From: Candidatus Bathyarchaeia archaeon
Lineage (GTDB): Archaea; Thermoproteota; Bathyarchaeia; Bathyarchaeales; Bathycorpusculaceae
Reading direction: 5' to 3'
Length of the DNA stretch: 64,000 bases
Assembly: GCA_050010755.1 (NCBI GenBank)
Contig: JBEKKK010000005.1
Location: 2,276 to 66,275, forward strand
The notes below the pieces were generated by a model. That model had not been told where the DNA came from, ran no database searches, and worked only from the letters and a program-made list of their open reading frames with translations. A program made the translations under genes and the position numbers. This document shows, piece by piece, positions 16,030-25,218 of the stretch (positions are counted from its first letter, which is position 1; every line of letters begins with the position of its first letter).

Positions 16030-16929
16030 CTATTGATTCTTGTTCTTGCCGATGAAAAGAATGCCGATAGAAACTATGATTGCCCCCAAGAGGAATATCG
16101 GTGCAGGCACTTCACGGAACAGAAGAATGCCCAGCGTCGTCGCCCCCACAGGTTCGAGCAACGCTAGGGTCGCGGTTTCGAATGATTTCAGGTGTGACAG
16201 AGAAGAGAAATACAGAGTGTGCGCGACGGCAGTTGGAAGCAGCCCGAGTCCGAGCAGTGCAAGCACAGTTTCAGTCTGGCCAGATGCAGTCAGAACCGCG
16301 CTCCCTCCAAACAGACCTAGAACACTCACAACTGTGGCTGTTAGGGCGTATATCGGCACCATCAGCGAAAAAATATCCATTTTACTTCTCAATCCCTTCC
16401 CAAAGCTGAGGTAGATGGATAAAGCCACCGCGGCCATCAAGGCTTCCAAATCGCCTCTCAAGCTTAGAGAAAAGCCTCCTATGGGAGCACTTCCAGTCGC
16501 GGCAAGTGCAATCGTGCACACACCGACGAAGGAGAGCGATAAACCAACAAGTTGACCAGAAGAGGGTTTCATCTTGAAGAAGAAGCTCGAGATGAGAGCT
16601 GAGAAGAACGGAGTCGTGTTCACTAGGACCGTTGCGTCTAGAATCGTGGTGTCCTTCACGGCAAAGACAAAGAGGGTGAAGTGAACAGCGAGAAGGAAGC
16701 CCAGAACAAAAAGCTTCTTGAAATTTTGTTTCACGGCACTCAGGTCAACAGGTTTCCTGAGTGCAACCATTATTACCAGCAACGCGAGACATGCGATGAT
16801 TGCCCGCCAAAAGACTATCGAAAAACCGTTAAGATCTGGCAGAAACCTAACGAAGATGGACGCTGTCCCGAAGAGAATGCCTGCCGTTATGCCTTCCGCG
16901 AGGGAAGTGTGTCTCGTGCGGCTCCGCAT
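16030..16929 (-). CDS. EamA/DMT-family transporter
   Basis: About 10 predicted TM helices in two EamA-like halves. I prefer the internal start MRSRTRH at 16929. The track start at 16986 would overlap the rad50 3' end by 44 nt. Confidence 0.75.
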   Translation of the reverse strand: MRSRTRHTSLAEGITAGILFGTASIFVRFLPDLNGFSIVFWRAIIACLALLVIMVALRKPVDLSAVKQNFKKLFVLGFLLAVHFTLFVFAVKDTTILDATVLVNTTPFFSALISSFFFKMKPSSGQLVGLSLSFVGVCTIALAATGSAPIGGFSLSLRGDLEALMAAVALSIYLSFGKGLRSKMDIFSLMVPIYALTATVVSVLGLFGGSAVLTASGQTETVLALLGLGLLPTAVAHTLYFSSLSHLKSFETATLALLEPVGATTLGILLFREVPAPIFLLGAIIVSIGILFIGKNKNQ

Positions 16930-16942
16930 GCAAAAAGTCCCT

Positions 16943-19030
16943 TCATTTTTCAACGGAAATCTTGCTTTGACCCAACTCTTTTTCAAGTCTGACTACGTGT
17001 TCTGCCTTTTCTGCAAACGCATCACTGTGTGTGACTGCAATTGTTTGCTCAATGGCCTTGAACCTGAAAATTGATTCCGCCAAGCGGTACACCGAGCCAT
17101 CTTCCGTTCCGAGGCTTTCGGTAGGCTCGTCAAGCAGAAGCAGGGTCAAACCGTGTCCTGTCCGAGACTGCATGATCAACTGGCCTAGGCCGAGACGGTA
17201 AGCGAAGGCGAGAACCGTTCTTTCGCCACCAGAAAGATTCGAAACGTCTCGTTCAACGTTACCCTCGCTTATCACATACGGCGTGTACGTTTCATCAATC
17301 GACAGGTTCAAAGATGGGCCTTCTCCGCCGGCCAGGCTGTCAAGAACCTGCTGGACAAAGCTTCTCAAGACTTTCACAAATTCGCTTCGCAGCTTGGGCT
17401 GAATACTTCGGTAAGCATTGCGTATGTCTTCGATGATCTCTATGATTTTTTCTATCTTCTTCATGCGTTCCATTTTTTGCTGTCCAACGTCGATTCGCTC
17501 CTTTATTTCATCGACACGTTTAGTCAAGTCCCTCTTGTGGTTTTCCTTACCCCGCAGTTCAGATTCGAGGACATAGTATTGTCTAAACGCTAAGTCTCTC
17601 TGCGTCTTTGCAGCCTCCAACCTGGAAACGTCGAATCTTCTAAGCTCTTGAAGGACAGCGTCGACTTGGACACGCAGGTCGTTCTCCAATCTTCGTTTTT
17701 CTGCTAGCTCAGCGACAATTCCATCCAACACTTCGACCTCCTCTTTCAGTCGCAGTTTCACCTCTTCAATCCTAGGAGCAAGTGTTTGCATGGCCATAGA
17801 GGCGTTAGTTGCCTTGGTTCTCAGCTGCTGCAGCTCTTCTATCGAATTGCGAAGCTGGTTCACTGCCCTTTTTCGCCCTTCATTCTCCTCCGTAATTCGT
17901 TCCGTCAGACCCTTCTTGTAGTCTTCACCCAACGTTTGCATACAGAGCGGACATCGGTTCTCCGAAAAAAGCGAGGATAATCGTTTCTCGTCCACTTGCA
18001 TGTTTCTGAGAGTTGCCTCTTGCTCACCTTTCATGTTCGAAATCTGATCATCAAACGCTGCAACCTGCCTTGTCAGCACGTCAACCGAGCAATTATTTGA
18101 AATTCCAAGGTCCCTGATTTCAAAATTGACAGACTCCATCTGTTTTTCCATAGCGTTCAATCTCTGACGGAGAGCTTCAACGAAATTTCTTCTTCTTTCA
18201 ACGTCCTTGGCTAAAGAGGCTGTTGCTTCTTGCAGGTTCGTCAAGTCGGCATGCATTTTCGCTTCTTTCCTTCGGAGCTCTTCATTATGCGATCTAATTT
18301 GTTCCAGATTTCCAAGTCTGGAGTTTGCCTCTTCCAGAATCTTCTGGGCGGAGACGATCTTTTTCGAAATGTCCAACAGCTCGATCTCGGCGAGTGAAAA
18401 TTCGGCTGCCGTTCTATCGTATTCTTCGCCGAGTTTTCCCATGCCAACAACGTCCGGATCCCTTTCGTAAACCTTTCTTTCTCCATCATACTCGCGCACA
18501 TAACCAGCAAGATTGCTCCATGCCAGTTCATAATCTGACAGGCCGAAGAGCTCATCTAGTCGCCTTTGTCTCTCTCTCGGCTGCAAATTCAAGAATTCTT
18601 TCAAGTGTTCCTGCCGGACCCAAATTATTTCACGGAACAGATCTTTGTCCAAGCCCGTTACCGCTTTAAGTTGTTCAGCAACAGCATCATTCTTCGTGCT
18701 TGAAATCAGCTCTTCACCCATGAAGAGTTTCAACTCGTCAAAATCCTGACTTATGCCCTTTCCATGTCTTTTCAAGGCCCGGATGAGCCTGTAACTCTTT
18801 CCGTCCTGAAGGAATTGAATGGTTACTCTTCCGCTGGGAGCATCTTCTCGCAACAAGTAGTCGAAACCTCTACCAACAGGATCTCCGAACAATGCGAAAT
18901 CAATCGAGTAAAGGATACTGGATTTGCCACATCCCAAGCCGCCTACTAAGCAGTTGAAGCCTCTTGCAAAGGGGACCGTGGACTTCACGTGCGAACGGAT
19001 GTTTTCGAGTTGCACAATCTCAATTCTCAA
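16943..19030 (-). CDS. rad50: Rad50 ATPase (short coiled-coil form)
   Basis: Walker A is GGLGCGKSS, the central zinc hook is CPLC (ENRCPLCMQTL), the signature is LSGGERTVLAFAYRL and Walker B is LLLLDEPT. There is a 4-nt overlap with mre11. Confidence 0.9.
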   Translation of the reverse strand: MRIEIVQLENIRSHVKSTVPFARGFNCLVGGLGCGKSSILYSIDFALFGDPVGRGFDYLLREDAPSGRVTIQFLQDGKSYRLIRALKRHGKGISQDFDELKLFMGEELISSTKNDAVAEQLKAVTGLDKDLFREIIWVRQEHLKEFLNLQPRERQRRLDELFGLSDYELAWSNLAGYVREYDGERKVYERDPDVVGMGKLGEEYDRTAAEFSLAEIELLDISKKIVSAQKILEEANSRLGNLEQIRSHNEELRRKEAKMHADLTNLQEATASLAKDVERRRNFVEALRQRLNAMEKQMESVNFEIRDLGISNNCSVDVLTRQVAAFDDQISNMKGEQEATLRNMQVDEKRLSSLFSENRCPLCMQTLGEDYKKGLTERITEENEGRKRAVNQLRNSIEELQQLRTKATNASMAMQTLAPRIEEVKLRLKEEVEVLDGIVAELAEKRRLENDLRVQVDAVLQELRRFDVSRLEAAKTQRDLAFRQYYVLESELRGKENHKRDLTKRVDEIKERIDVGQQKMERMKKIEKIIEIIEDIRNAYRSIQPKLRSEFVKVLRSFVQQVLDSLAGGEGPSLNLSIDETYTPYVISEGNVERDVSNLSGGERTVLAFAYRLGLGQLIMQSRTGHGLTLLLLDEPTESLGTEDGSVYRLAESIFRFKAIEQTIAVTHSDAFAEKAEHVVRLEKELGQSKISVEK

Positions 19031-20247
19031 TGCAGAAGCTCCTCCATGGACTGTTTCACTTTTTCCTCCTGCTTCTTAGTGAGCGGTTCTATCAAACTGG
19101 ACGCGATGCGAGCTATCTTTTCAGCCTCTTCCTTGCTGTGACGTTCAGAAAAAATCTGAAAGAAATATTCGAAAGCCTTCGTTTTCAAATCCTTGATTTC
19201 ACTCTCGAAGATTGACCGAACAATTTCTTCTGAAACTTCACTTTCGCGCAACAAGATGACAGGATGCACCAAAAGAGCCTTCTCTCCTGCTGCTCTAATG
19301 CGTGCAACATCTACCTCTGTGCGAGTTGCTCCAGCTGGCAAGGTGCCATTCAGAACTAGAATGATGACAGCTCCCTCCTTGCCAGCTGACTTTATCATTT
19401 GAATAGACTGCTCGGTGATTTTTGAAGGAACAATCCCAGTGAAGTCTTGCTCCAAGAGTACAAACTCGCGCGAGGATTCAAACTCTATGAACTCGGGAGA
19501 AACTGCTCCTTTTTCGTCCACCTTAACGTGGTAGATGCCCTTCTTGTTTTTTGCCTCAACATAGTCCGTTGTCTCGGTGCATCCACTGTAAACCAAGAGA
19601 CCATCCTTGAATTTCTCCATGTGAGGCGTGTGCACGTGCCCCGCCGCATAGTAGTCGAAGCCTCCGGGTATGAGTTCAGGCTTGGCTTCAGCCTCGATGT
19701 AAGGAGGCTTGACGCCTGGGAGATCCAGGGCCATATGAAAAACGAAGATGTTAAACAATGACGGATCCGGGCTTGGCCTGTTCTCTTCCATGAAAACCGG
19801 CAAAGCCTCCTCAGTCCTGTGCCTATTCCTGAAGTTGGGGATCCCATAAACATAACAACAATCTGTCTTCCGCCAACATGCTCCCTCATGTCTGGGCAGA
19901 TGATAAATCAAGCCTGCGCTGTCCAAAGGGTTCATGATGGTCCCTGTTACAGAGTTAGGGGCCGAATCGTGTGAACCGTCGACGGCAAGAACCGGAATTC
20001 CAGCCTCTCGCAGACGAATGAAGTTTCTGATGCTGTTTTCCAAGGTGATGTTAGACGGTCTTGCCTGATGGAACAGGTCTCCCGCGATGATCATGAAGTC
20101 TGGCTTCAGCTCAAGGGTCTTATCGACAAGTTCTTCGAACGCCCTATCAAAATCCTCGCGGCGAACTTCCATGCCATACTGTGCATAGCCCAAGTGCAAA
20201 TCCGCAACGTGAACAAAGCTGAACGGTTTCAGACCCTCCCTCCTCAA
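19027..20247 (-). CDS. mre11: Mre11 nuclease
   Basis: Calcineurin-like phosphoesterase motifs are present: VHVADLHLG, AGDLFH, GSHD and AGHVH. The gene lies immediately upstream of rad50. Confidence 0.9.
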   Translation of the reverse strand: MRREGLKPFSFVHVADLHLGYAQYGMEVRREDFDRAFEELVDKTLELKPDFMIIAGDLFHQARPSNITLENSIRNFIRLREAGIPVLAVDGSHDSAPNSVTGTIMNPLDSAGLIYHLPRHEGACWRKTDCCYVYGIPNFRNRHRTEEALPVFMEENRPSPDPSLFNIFVFHMALDLPGVKPPYIEAEAKPELIPGGFDYYAAGHVHTPHMEKFKDGLLVYSGCTETTDYVEAKNKKGIYHVKVDEKGAVSPEFIEFESSREFVLLEQDFTGIVPSKITEQSIQMIKSAGKEGAVIILVLNGTLPAGATRTEVDVARIRAAGEKALLVHPVILLRESEVSEEIVRSIFESEIKDLKTKAFEYFFQIFSERHSKEEAEKIARIASSLIEPLTKKQEEKVKQSMEELLH

Positions 20248-20456
20248 AGCCTTCCAGTTGAACGTGCTAAATGAATTGCGAGTTTTTTACTCTTCGCTTT
20301 TGCCACCTGAGCCCGTCCATGCTCAAAGCTATTCTAGCTGGTAGTTTCAAGAGTGGGTTTTTAGTGCGAGAGAATGCGCAAGCTTGCAGTGGGAAAGGCA
20401 TATATTCTGTGCGGAGTGACAGCAATTAGAGACCGTCGATCATCAGTTGGTGTGAA

Positions 20457-20723
20457 ATGGTCAATAGAGATAGACACGAGATTGCATTGGAGATACTGAA
20501 CAGGGCCGCCTCCGGGAGGAGGAAGACCGAAATAATGAGAGAAGTTGGCCTGTCGTACCTGCAGGCTAAGCTGTATCTGGGTGAACTCGTAGATAGAGGA
20601 CTACTAGAAATCGACGAAAAACGCAATTTAAAAACAACGAAAAAGGGTCAGGAATTTATGAAAAAATGCGAAGCCTGTCCCCTCTTCAACTGGGACAAGG
20701 AAAAACTCAAAACTCTGATTTAA
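20457..20723 (+). CDS. Small winged-helix DNA-binding protein
   Basis: 88-aa ORF with a pattern typical of archaeal wHTH regulators: RKTEIMREVGLSYLQAKLYLGELVDRGLLEI...TTKKGQEFM. Confidence 0.6.
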   Translation: MVNRDRHEIALEILNRAASGRRKTEIMREVGLSYLQAKLYLGELVDRGLLEIDEKRNLKTTKKGQEFMKKCEACPLFNWDKEKLKTLI

Positions 20724-20869
20724 ACATCCAACCTGCGGAAATGTCCGCCTGCTTCTTCGGGGGTCACACACAAAAAATCTAATAAGCATGCCAAATAATG
20801 AGGGCTGAATCTGGAGCATTTTGCATGATGGCTCTCCATGAACGCAAGTTCGATTCTGGTCGATAGAAG

Positions 20870-21178
20870 CTACAGTAATTCTATTGTAACGTGCACTTCT
20901 TCGGGCACACGGATGCGCATGATGCGCCGCATAACACGTTCTTCAGCGTCGATGTCGATCAGACGTTTATGAATCCGCATCTCCCACCTGTCCCAAGTTG
21001 CGGTTCCTTCACCGCACGGTGACTTCAGCACGGGGACTTTCAATCTTTTTGTGGGTAGGGGAACCGGACCGTTTATCTTGACGCCTGTTTTCTGGGCGAT
21101 GCCTTTCAGTTCTTCACAGACTTCTTCGAGTCTTGTGTAATCCGTACTCGTCAAGCGTATTCGCGCTTTCCTAACCAT
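20870..21178 (-). CDS. rps10: 30S ribosomal protein S10 (uS10)
   Basis: [72 protein letters not shown] is a clear uS10 sequence. Confidence 0.95.
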   Translation of the reverse strand: MVRKARIRLTSTDYTRLEEVCEELKGIAQKTGVKINGPVPLPTKRLKVPVLKSPCGEGTATWDRWEMRIHKRLIDIDAEERVMRRIMRIRVPEEVHVTIELL

Positions 21179-21388
21179 CGCCCATCATTCCTGATGTTTC
21201 TGCTCCAGACAGATTTAATAGGTATCTACCTTAGACAACTGGCCGCAAATAAAAACCTATCGAAACGAACAACCGACGCGAACACGATGTTCTCCTCAAC
21301 CGCGGTTCCAAATGGTAACACACGCATGCTTCGTTGCGTTTATAAGAAACATGAACAGAATTAATCACATTGTCGAAGGACAAGAACA

Positions 21389-22702
21389 ATGCCGAGGGTT
21401 GTGAAAGTTTTTGTTTGCGGGCTAAATGGAGTTGGTTTGGCTCTGTTGGCTTTCTTTCTCATTAACCCTTTTTTGACAGTCACATTTGCCTGCAACTCTC
21501 CATTTTCGCGCCCAAACATCGGAATACGCGCAGGTACGAGTTCAAACTGGAGCGGGTATGCAGCAGTATCTAGCATATCCTCGCCGGCAGATGGTTTCGT
21601 GACCAGCGTCACGGGCAACTGGGTGATTCCAACTCTCACTCTTAATTCCTCCCAAACCGCGTATGTTGCAACGTGGGTGGGAATAGATGGCTTCTCAGAC
21701 GGGACCGTTGAACAGATAGGCACAGAACAAGACTGTGTGAACGGAATACAGGAAAACTACGCATGGATCGAGCTCTATCCAGGACCCTCTCGAATGACAG
21801 GGCTCACGGTCAACACCGGAGACTCATTCACAGCCTCGGTCGCTTACGAAGGGGGCAGCCAGTTCACCCTGTCGATAACCGATTTGACGACTGGACAATC
21901 ATACTCAAGGACTCGCAGCGCGAACGCGCAACGTCAATCCGCCGAGTGGGTGGTTGAAGCGCCGTCATCATCACAAGGAGTGTTGCCGTTGGCCAACTTT
22001 AGCACAGTCAACTTCACCCACGTCCAATTCACAGACAACAACGGCACAACATACGCCATAGACGGTCGAGGACCAGGAACATATGATGCGATTAGCCTGA
22101 ACGATCCCAACGGTGGAACTGCAAACCCTTCCAGCTTGCTTGATAATGCCTATCCGAACGGCCCTTCAAGCTTCAGCGTTGTCTACGGTGCTCCAGCCGG
22201 TATTCACGACGTAGGCATCACAAGTGTCACGCCTTCCAAAACCGTTGTTGGCCAAGGCTATCTACTGGACACCGTTGTCAAGGCAGCAGACCTTGGCGAC
22301 TACCCAGAAATGTTCAATGTCACTCTCTACGCAAACACAATTCCCTTCGCTTCGACAGACGTCACGCTTTCAAGTGGGAACTCCACGGACATCATCCTAT
22401 CCTGGAACACAACCAGTATCGCTTACGGCAACTACACCATAAGCGCCTACGCTTGGCCCGTTCCAGACGAAACGAACACCACGAACAACAACTGCACGGG
22501 CGGCTCGGTCATCGTGTCGATTCCGGGTGACCTCAACGGCGACTTCAAAGTGAACATTTCAGATCTGTCCATTATTGCGCGCGCCTTCGGATCCAGCCCT
22601 AACAGTGCCAACTGGAACCCCAACGCAGACATAGACGACAACGGCAAAGTAAACATGTCCGACATCGCCATACTAGCAAGACACTACGGCCAACATGAAT
22701 AA
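21389..22702 (+). CDS. Secreted peptidase G1 (eqolisin/scytalidoglutamic peptidase family) + CARDB-like domain + dockerin
   Basis: Family hallmarks are present: SSNWSGYAAV, VATWVGIDGFSDGTVEQIGTEQ, NYAWIELYP, SAEWVVEAPSS and LANFSTVNFT. The CARDB-like segment is DVGITSVTPSKTVVGQG...NYTISAYAWPVPDETNTTNNN. The dockerin is GDLNGDFKVNISDLSIIARAFG...NADIDDNGKVNMSDIAILARHYG. Confidence 0.85.
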   Translation: MPRVVKVFVCGLNGVGLALLAFFLINPFLTVTFACNSPFSRPNIGIRAGTSSNWSGYAAVSSISSPADGFVTSVTGNWVIPTLTLNSSQTAYVATWVGIDGFSDGTVEQIGTEQDCVNGIQENYAWIELYPGPSRMTGLTVNTGDSFTASVAYEGGSQFTLSITDLTTGQSYSRTRSANAQRQSAEWVVEAPSSSQGVLPLANFSTVNFTHVQFTDNNGTTYAIDGRGPGTYDAISLNDPNGGTANPSSLLDNAYPNGPSSFSVVYGAPAGIHDVGITSVTPSKTVVGQGYLLDTVVKAADLGDYPEMFNVTLYANTIPFASTDVTLSSGNSTDIILSWNTTSIAYGNYTISAYAWPVPDETNTTNNNCTGGSVIVSIPGDLNGDFKVNISDLSIIARAFGSSPNSANWNPNADIDDNGKVNMSDIAILARHYGQHE

Positions 22703-22892
22703 GTTCTCCAATCGCAAGTGCAAGAAAGTTCGACGCCAGTCTTGGCTTGCCCCGTTGCTGTAGTTGAGTGGAATCTGAACCTTCTAGGAAAACTGCGGCA
22801 AGTTTGCTGAAGCGTGCTTTCAGCCTAAAAGTTATTAGAAACGTACTGAGAAAAGCAGCACCGGTGAATCCAGTCTGGGTGAGGACGATGAG

Positions 22893-23564
22893 GTGTTGAA
22901 GCCGAAATTAAAGGTAAAGGCGATAATCTTTGATCTGGACGGCACGTTGGTTGACTCGAAAGGTGCATACCGTGAGGCAGCTGAGTTGGCCTTCGCTTCA
23001 TTGAAGTTGGGGAAGGTTAACGCGGGTGTCGTAACGGAGATTCCCAGGAGGCTTGAGCAGAACCTGTCAATAGAGGATTTAATCATGGGAGCGGACGTTG
23101 ACAGGTTTAAGGAAATCTACCTTCGTGCTTATTATCGAGCCACTGCTGAGAAGACCCGCCCATTCCCGAACGTTGCGACCACCCTCGAGAGGCTATCTTC
23201 TGGCGCATCGTTGGCCGTGACGACCCGCCGCAACGTTCCTGACGTCGAAGTGAAGAGGGAGTTGGAGAAGTTTGGCTTGGCAAAATACTTCAGGATAGTA
23301 ATAACGTCGCAGAACACTTTAAAGCCTAAGCCCTCTCCGGATGCCCTCATCAAATGTGCGGAGCATTTAGGTGTGAGGATGAGTGATTGCGCCGTTGTGG
23401 GCGACTCTATCATCGACGTCAGGGCGGGAAAGAGTGCCAGAGCCCACACTGTGGCGGTTCTGACGGGAGTCTTCACTCGCGAAGAGTTGGAGATGGAGCA
23501 GCCTGAACTGATACTTTCAGACGTTGGTGAGCTTCCAGAATTTCTGGAATTGAGCGCCAAGTGA
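22893..23564 (+). CDS. HAD-superfamily hydrolase (phosphoglycolate phosphatase-like)
   Basis: Motif I is IIFDLDGTLVDS, followed by TTRRN...K and VGDSIIDVRAG. The start codon is GTG. Confidence 0.8.
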   Translation: MLKPKLKVKAIIFDLDGTLVDSKGAYREAAELAFASLKLGKVNAGVVTEIPRRLEQNLSIEDLIMGADVDRFKEIYLRAYYRATAEKTRPFPNVATTLERLSSGASLAVTTRRNVPDVEVKRELEKFGLAKYFRIVITSQNTLKPKPSPDALIKCAEHLGVRMSDCAVVGDSIIDVRAGKSARAHTVAVLTGVFTREELEMEQPELILSDVGELPEFLELSAK

Positions 23565-23697
23565 TGTTAAGAATATTTCTAGAACCGTAATACTGCTAAA
23601 AACTACTGAGTAATGTTCTAGAAGCATCTACGAATAAAGCTTATTAAAAGCGCATTGTCTAGGGTTAGGTTGGAGAAGGCTCCGAGACGGGAGTACC

Positions 23698-24303
23698 ATG
23701 AACTTCGTTGAGATATTGCTGTCGAATAAGTTGAAGGACAAGAACCCTATGCTGGATATTCTGGGCTCTGACCGCAAGGTGCTCCAGATCGCGTGTCAGG
23801 ACTTGACGAATTATCTCAAGGTTCACTGGGATCTCGTAGGGAATGAAACAAGCGAGTGCGACGTGGTAGAACGGCTTGAGAGATTCTTCAACGAGGAGCC
23901 GAGCGAACTGGACGTGTTTTTGTCAATGTGGACGGGAATTTGGCTTAGCAAGTGGGAGGAACGAGTCAAACTTCTCATCGGCAATGAAAACTCGAAGAAA
24001 TGGAACCATGTGGCAAAGGTCCTCAGCAACGGCGAAGCGGCCTGGGGAAAGCTTTCAAACCGCCAAGAAGTCGAAGATATCATAATATCCACCCTCGTCA
24101 AGAACGCGGAGATATGCGGCACGTCGATCCTAGCGGAGAACCTCATCAAAATGGAACTGGGAGAAGAAAACAAAGACTACGAAAGCGATGAAGAATACAT
24201 ATTAAACGTCGTAAACGACACGCTGAGAAAGGCGCGGGAACTCACACAAAGTAAAGGCCCCCTAATCTTCGTCAAAGTCGACAAGGGCTACTATCAACCG
24301 TAA
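23698..24303 (+). CDS. Hypothetical protein
   Basis: 201-aa ORF with no antisense competitor of comparable quality. I recognise no motif. Confidence 0.55.
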   Translation: MNFVEILLSNKLKDKNPMLDILGSDRKVLQIACQDLTNYLKVHWDLVGNETSECDVVERLERFFNEEPSELDVFLSMWTGIWLSKWEERVKLLIGNENSKKWNHVAKVLSNGEAAWGKLSNRQEVEDIIISTLVKNAEICGTSILAENLIKMELGEENKDYESDEEYILNVVNDTLRKARELTQSKGPLIFVKVDKGYYQP

Positions 24304-24533
24304 AAGGCCAGACAGCGCATGACAAGAACCTCTTTCTGAAGATGTCCGCGCTATTAAGTTTGAACAATTTTCTGTTATAATGCGATTCGTGCTTTATTCA
24401 AAATCCCGTTTTGTAATCTGACTTGCACGCATGAAGAATCAATTTCCGTGTGCTTTTTGCACAGCGTCTACTCATTAGTTCTGTCATGCAATTCGGAGCC
24501 CAAAAAAAAGAGCGTAATCGGCTCACATCACAG

Positions 24534-24541
24534 TTATATAA
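24534..24541 (+). promoter_or_regulatory. TATA-box-like element (ttatataa)
   Basis: It lies about 40 nt upstream of ATG 24580. The spacing is compatible with an archaeal promoter and a short leader. Confidence 0.35.
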
Positions 24542-24579
24542 ATGGGCGTAAGATGCTTCAAGAAGGGGATTGTTGCGGG

Positions 24580-25111
24580 ATGAAGGACTTGGAAATCAGA
24601 CTGATTTCTGAGCTGATGAAGAATAGCAGGAGAAGCGATAGGCAGATTGCGAAGGAGCTGGGGGTTTCTCAACCCACCGTGAGCAGAACAATCGCGCGGT
24701 TAGAGAAAGAGGGTATTCTCAGAGTACACGGCGATACCTGACTTCCGTAGGCTTGGATACAATCTTGTGGCCATAACTTTTGGGAACGTAAGAGAAGAGT
24801 TGAAAAAACGAGACAAAATAGATGATGAACGAAGAAAATTCGTTAGAGATTTTGATGAGCAATCGCTTGAGATAGTCGTTGACGCGAGAGGACTTGGAAT
24901 GGGACACGACGGGACAATCGTTTCCTTTCACAGGAGCTATTCGGAATACAATGATTTTCGAAAACGTTTGCTGCAGATGCCCTTCGTTGATCCCACGACA
25001 TTTGAAACATTTTTGATAGATCTCAACGACGAAGCGCACCATCGCCTTCTCACTTTCTCTTACTTGGCCAAACACCTGCTGCAAGATCCAAAGAATAAGG
25101 ACAATCTTTAA
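24580..25111 (+). pseudogene. Lrp/AsnC-type transcription regulator interrupted by a frameshift
   Basis: Frame 1 reads MKDLEIRLISELMKNSRRSDRQIAKELGVSQPTVSRTIARLEKEGILR and then stops at 24739. The next frame, open from 24704, continues YTAIPDFRRLGYNLVAITFGNVREE... to 25111. The join (HTH, then xYTAIPD.. LGY) is the canonical Lrp/AsnC linker. A 1-nt indel between 24704 and 24726 would restore the frame. Confidence 0.75.
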
Positions 25112-25218
25112 CCGGTTTCGGAACAGACACGCACGTTCTTCTTAATGCCTCCCAAAACTTTTTAAGTGCTCTGATTAAAAAGTCAAACTGATTGAAGTTG
25201 GATTCTCAGACGATCACG

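Noticed and set aside
20820-20869. A T-loop-like sequence (gttcgattc) suggesting a tRNA or tRNA fragment.
   Set aside because: The T-stem pairs only 4 of 5 positions, and I found no matching acceptor stem, D-arm or anticodon arm. At most it is a decayed fragment.
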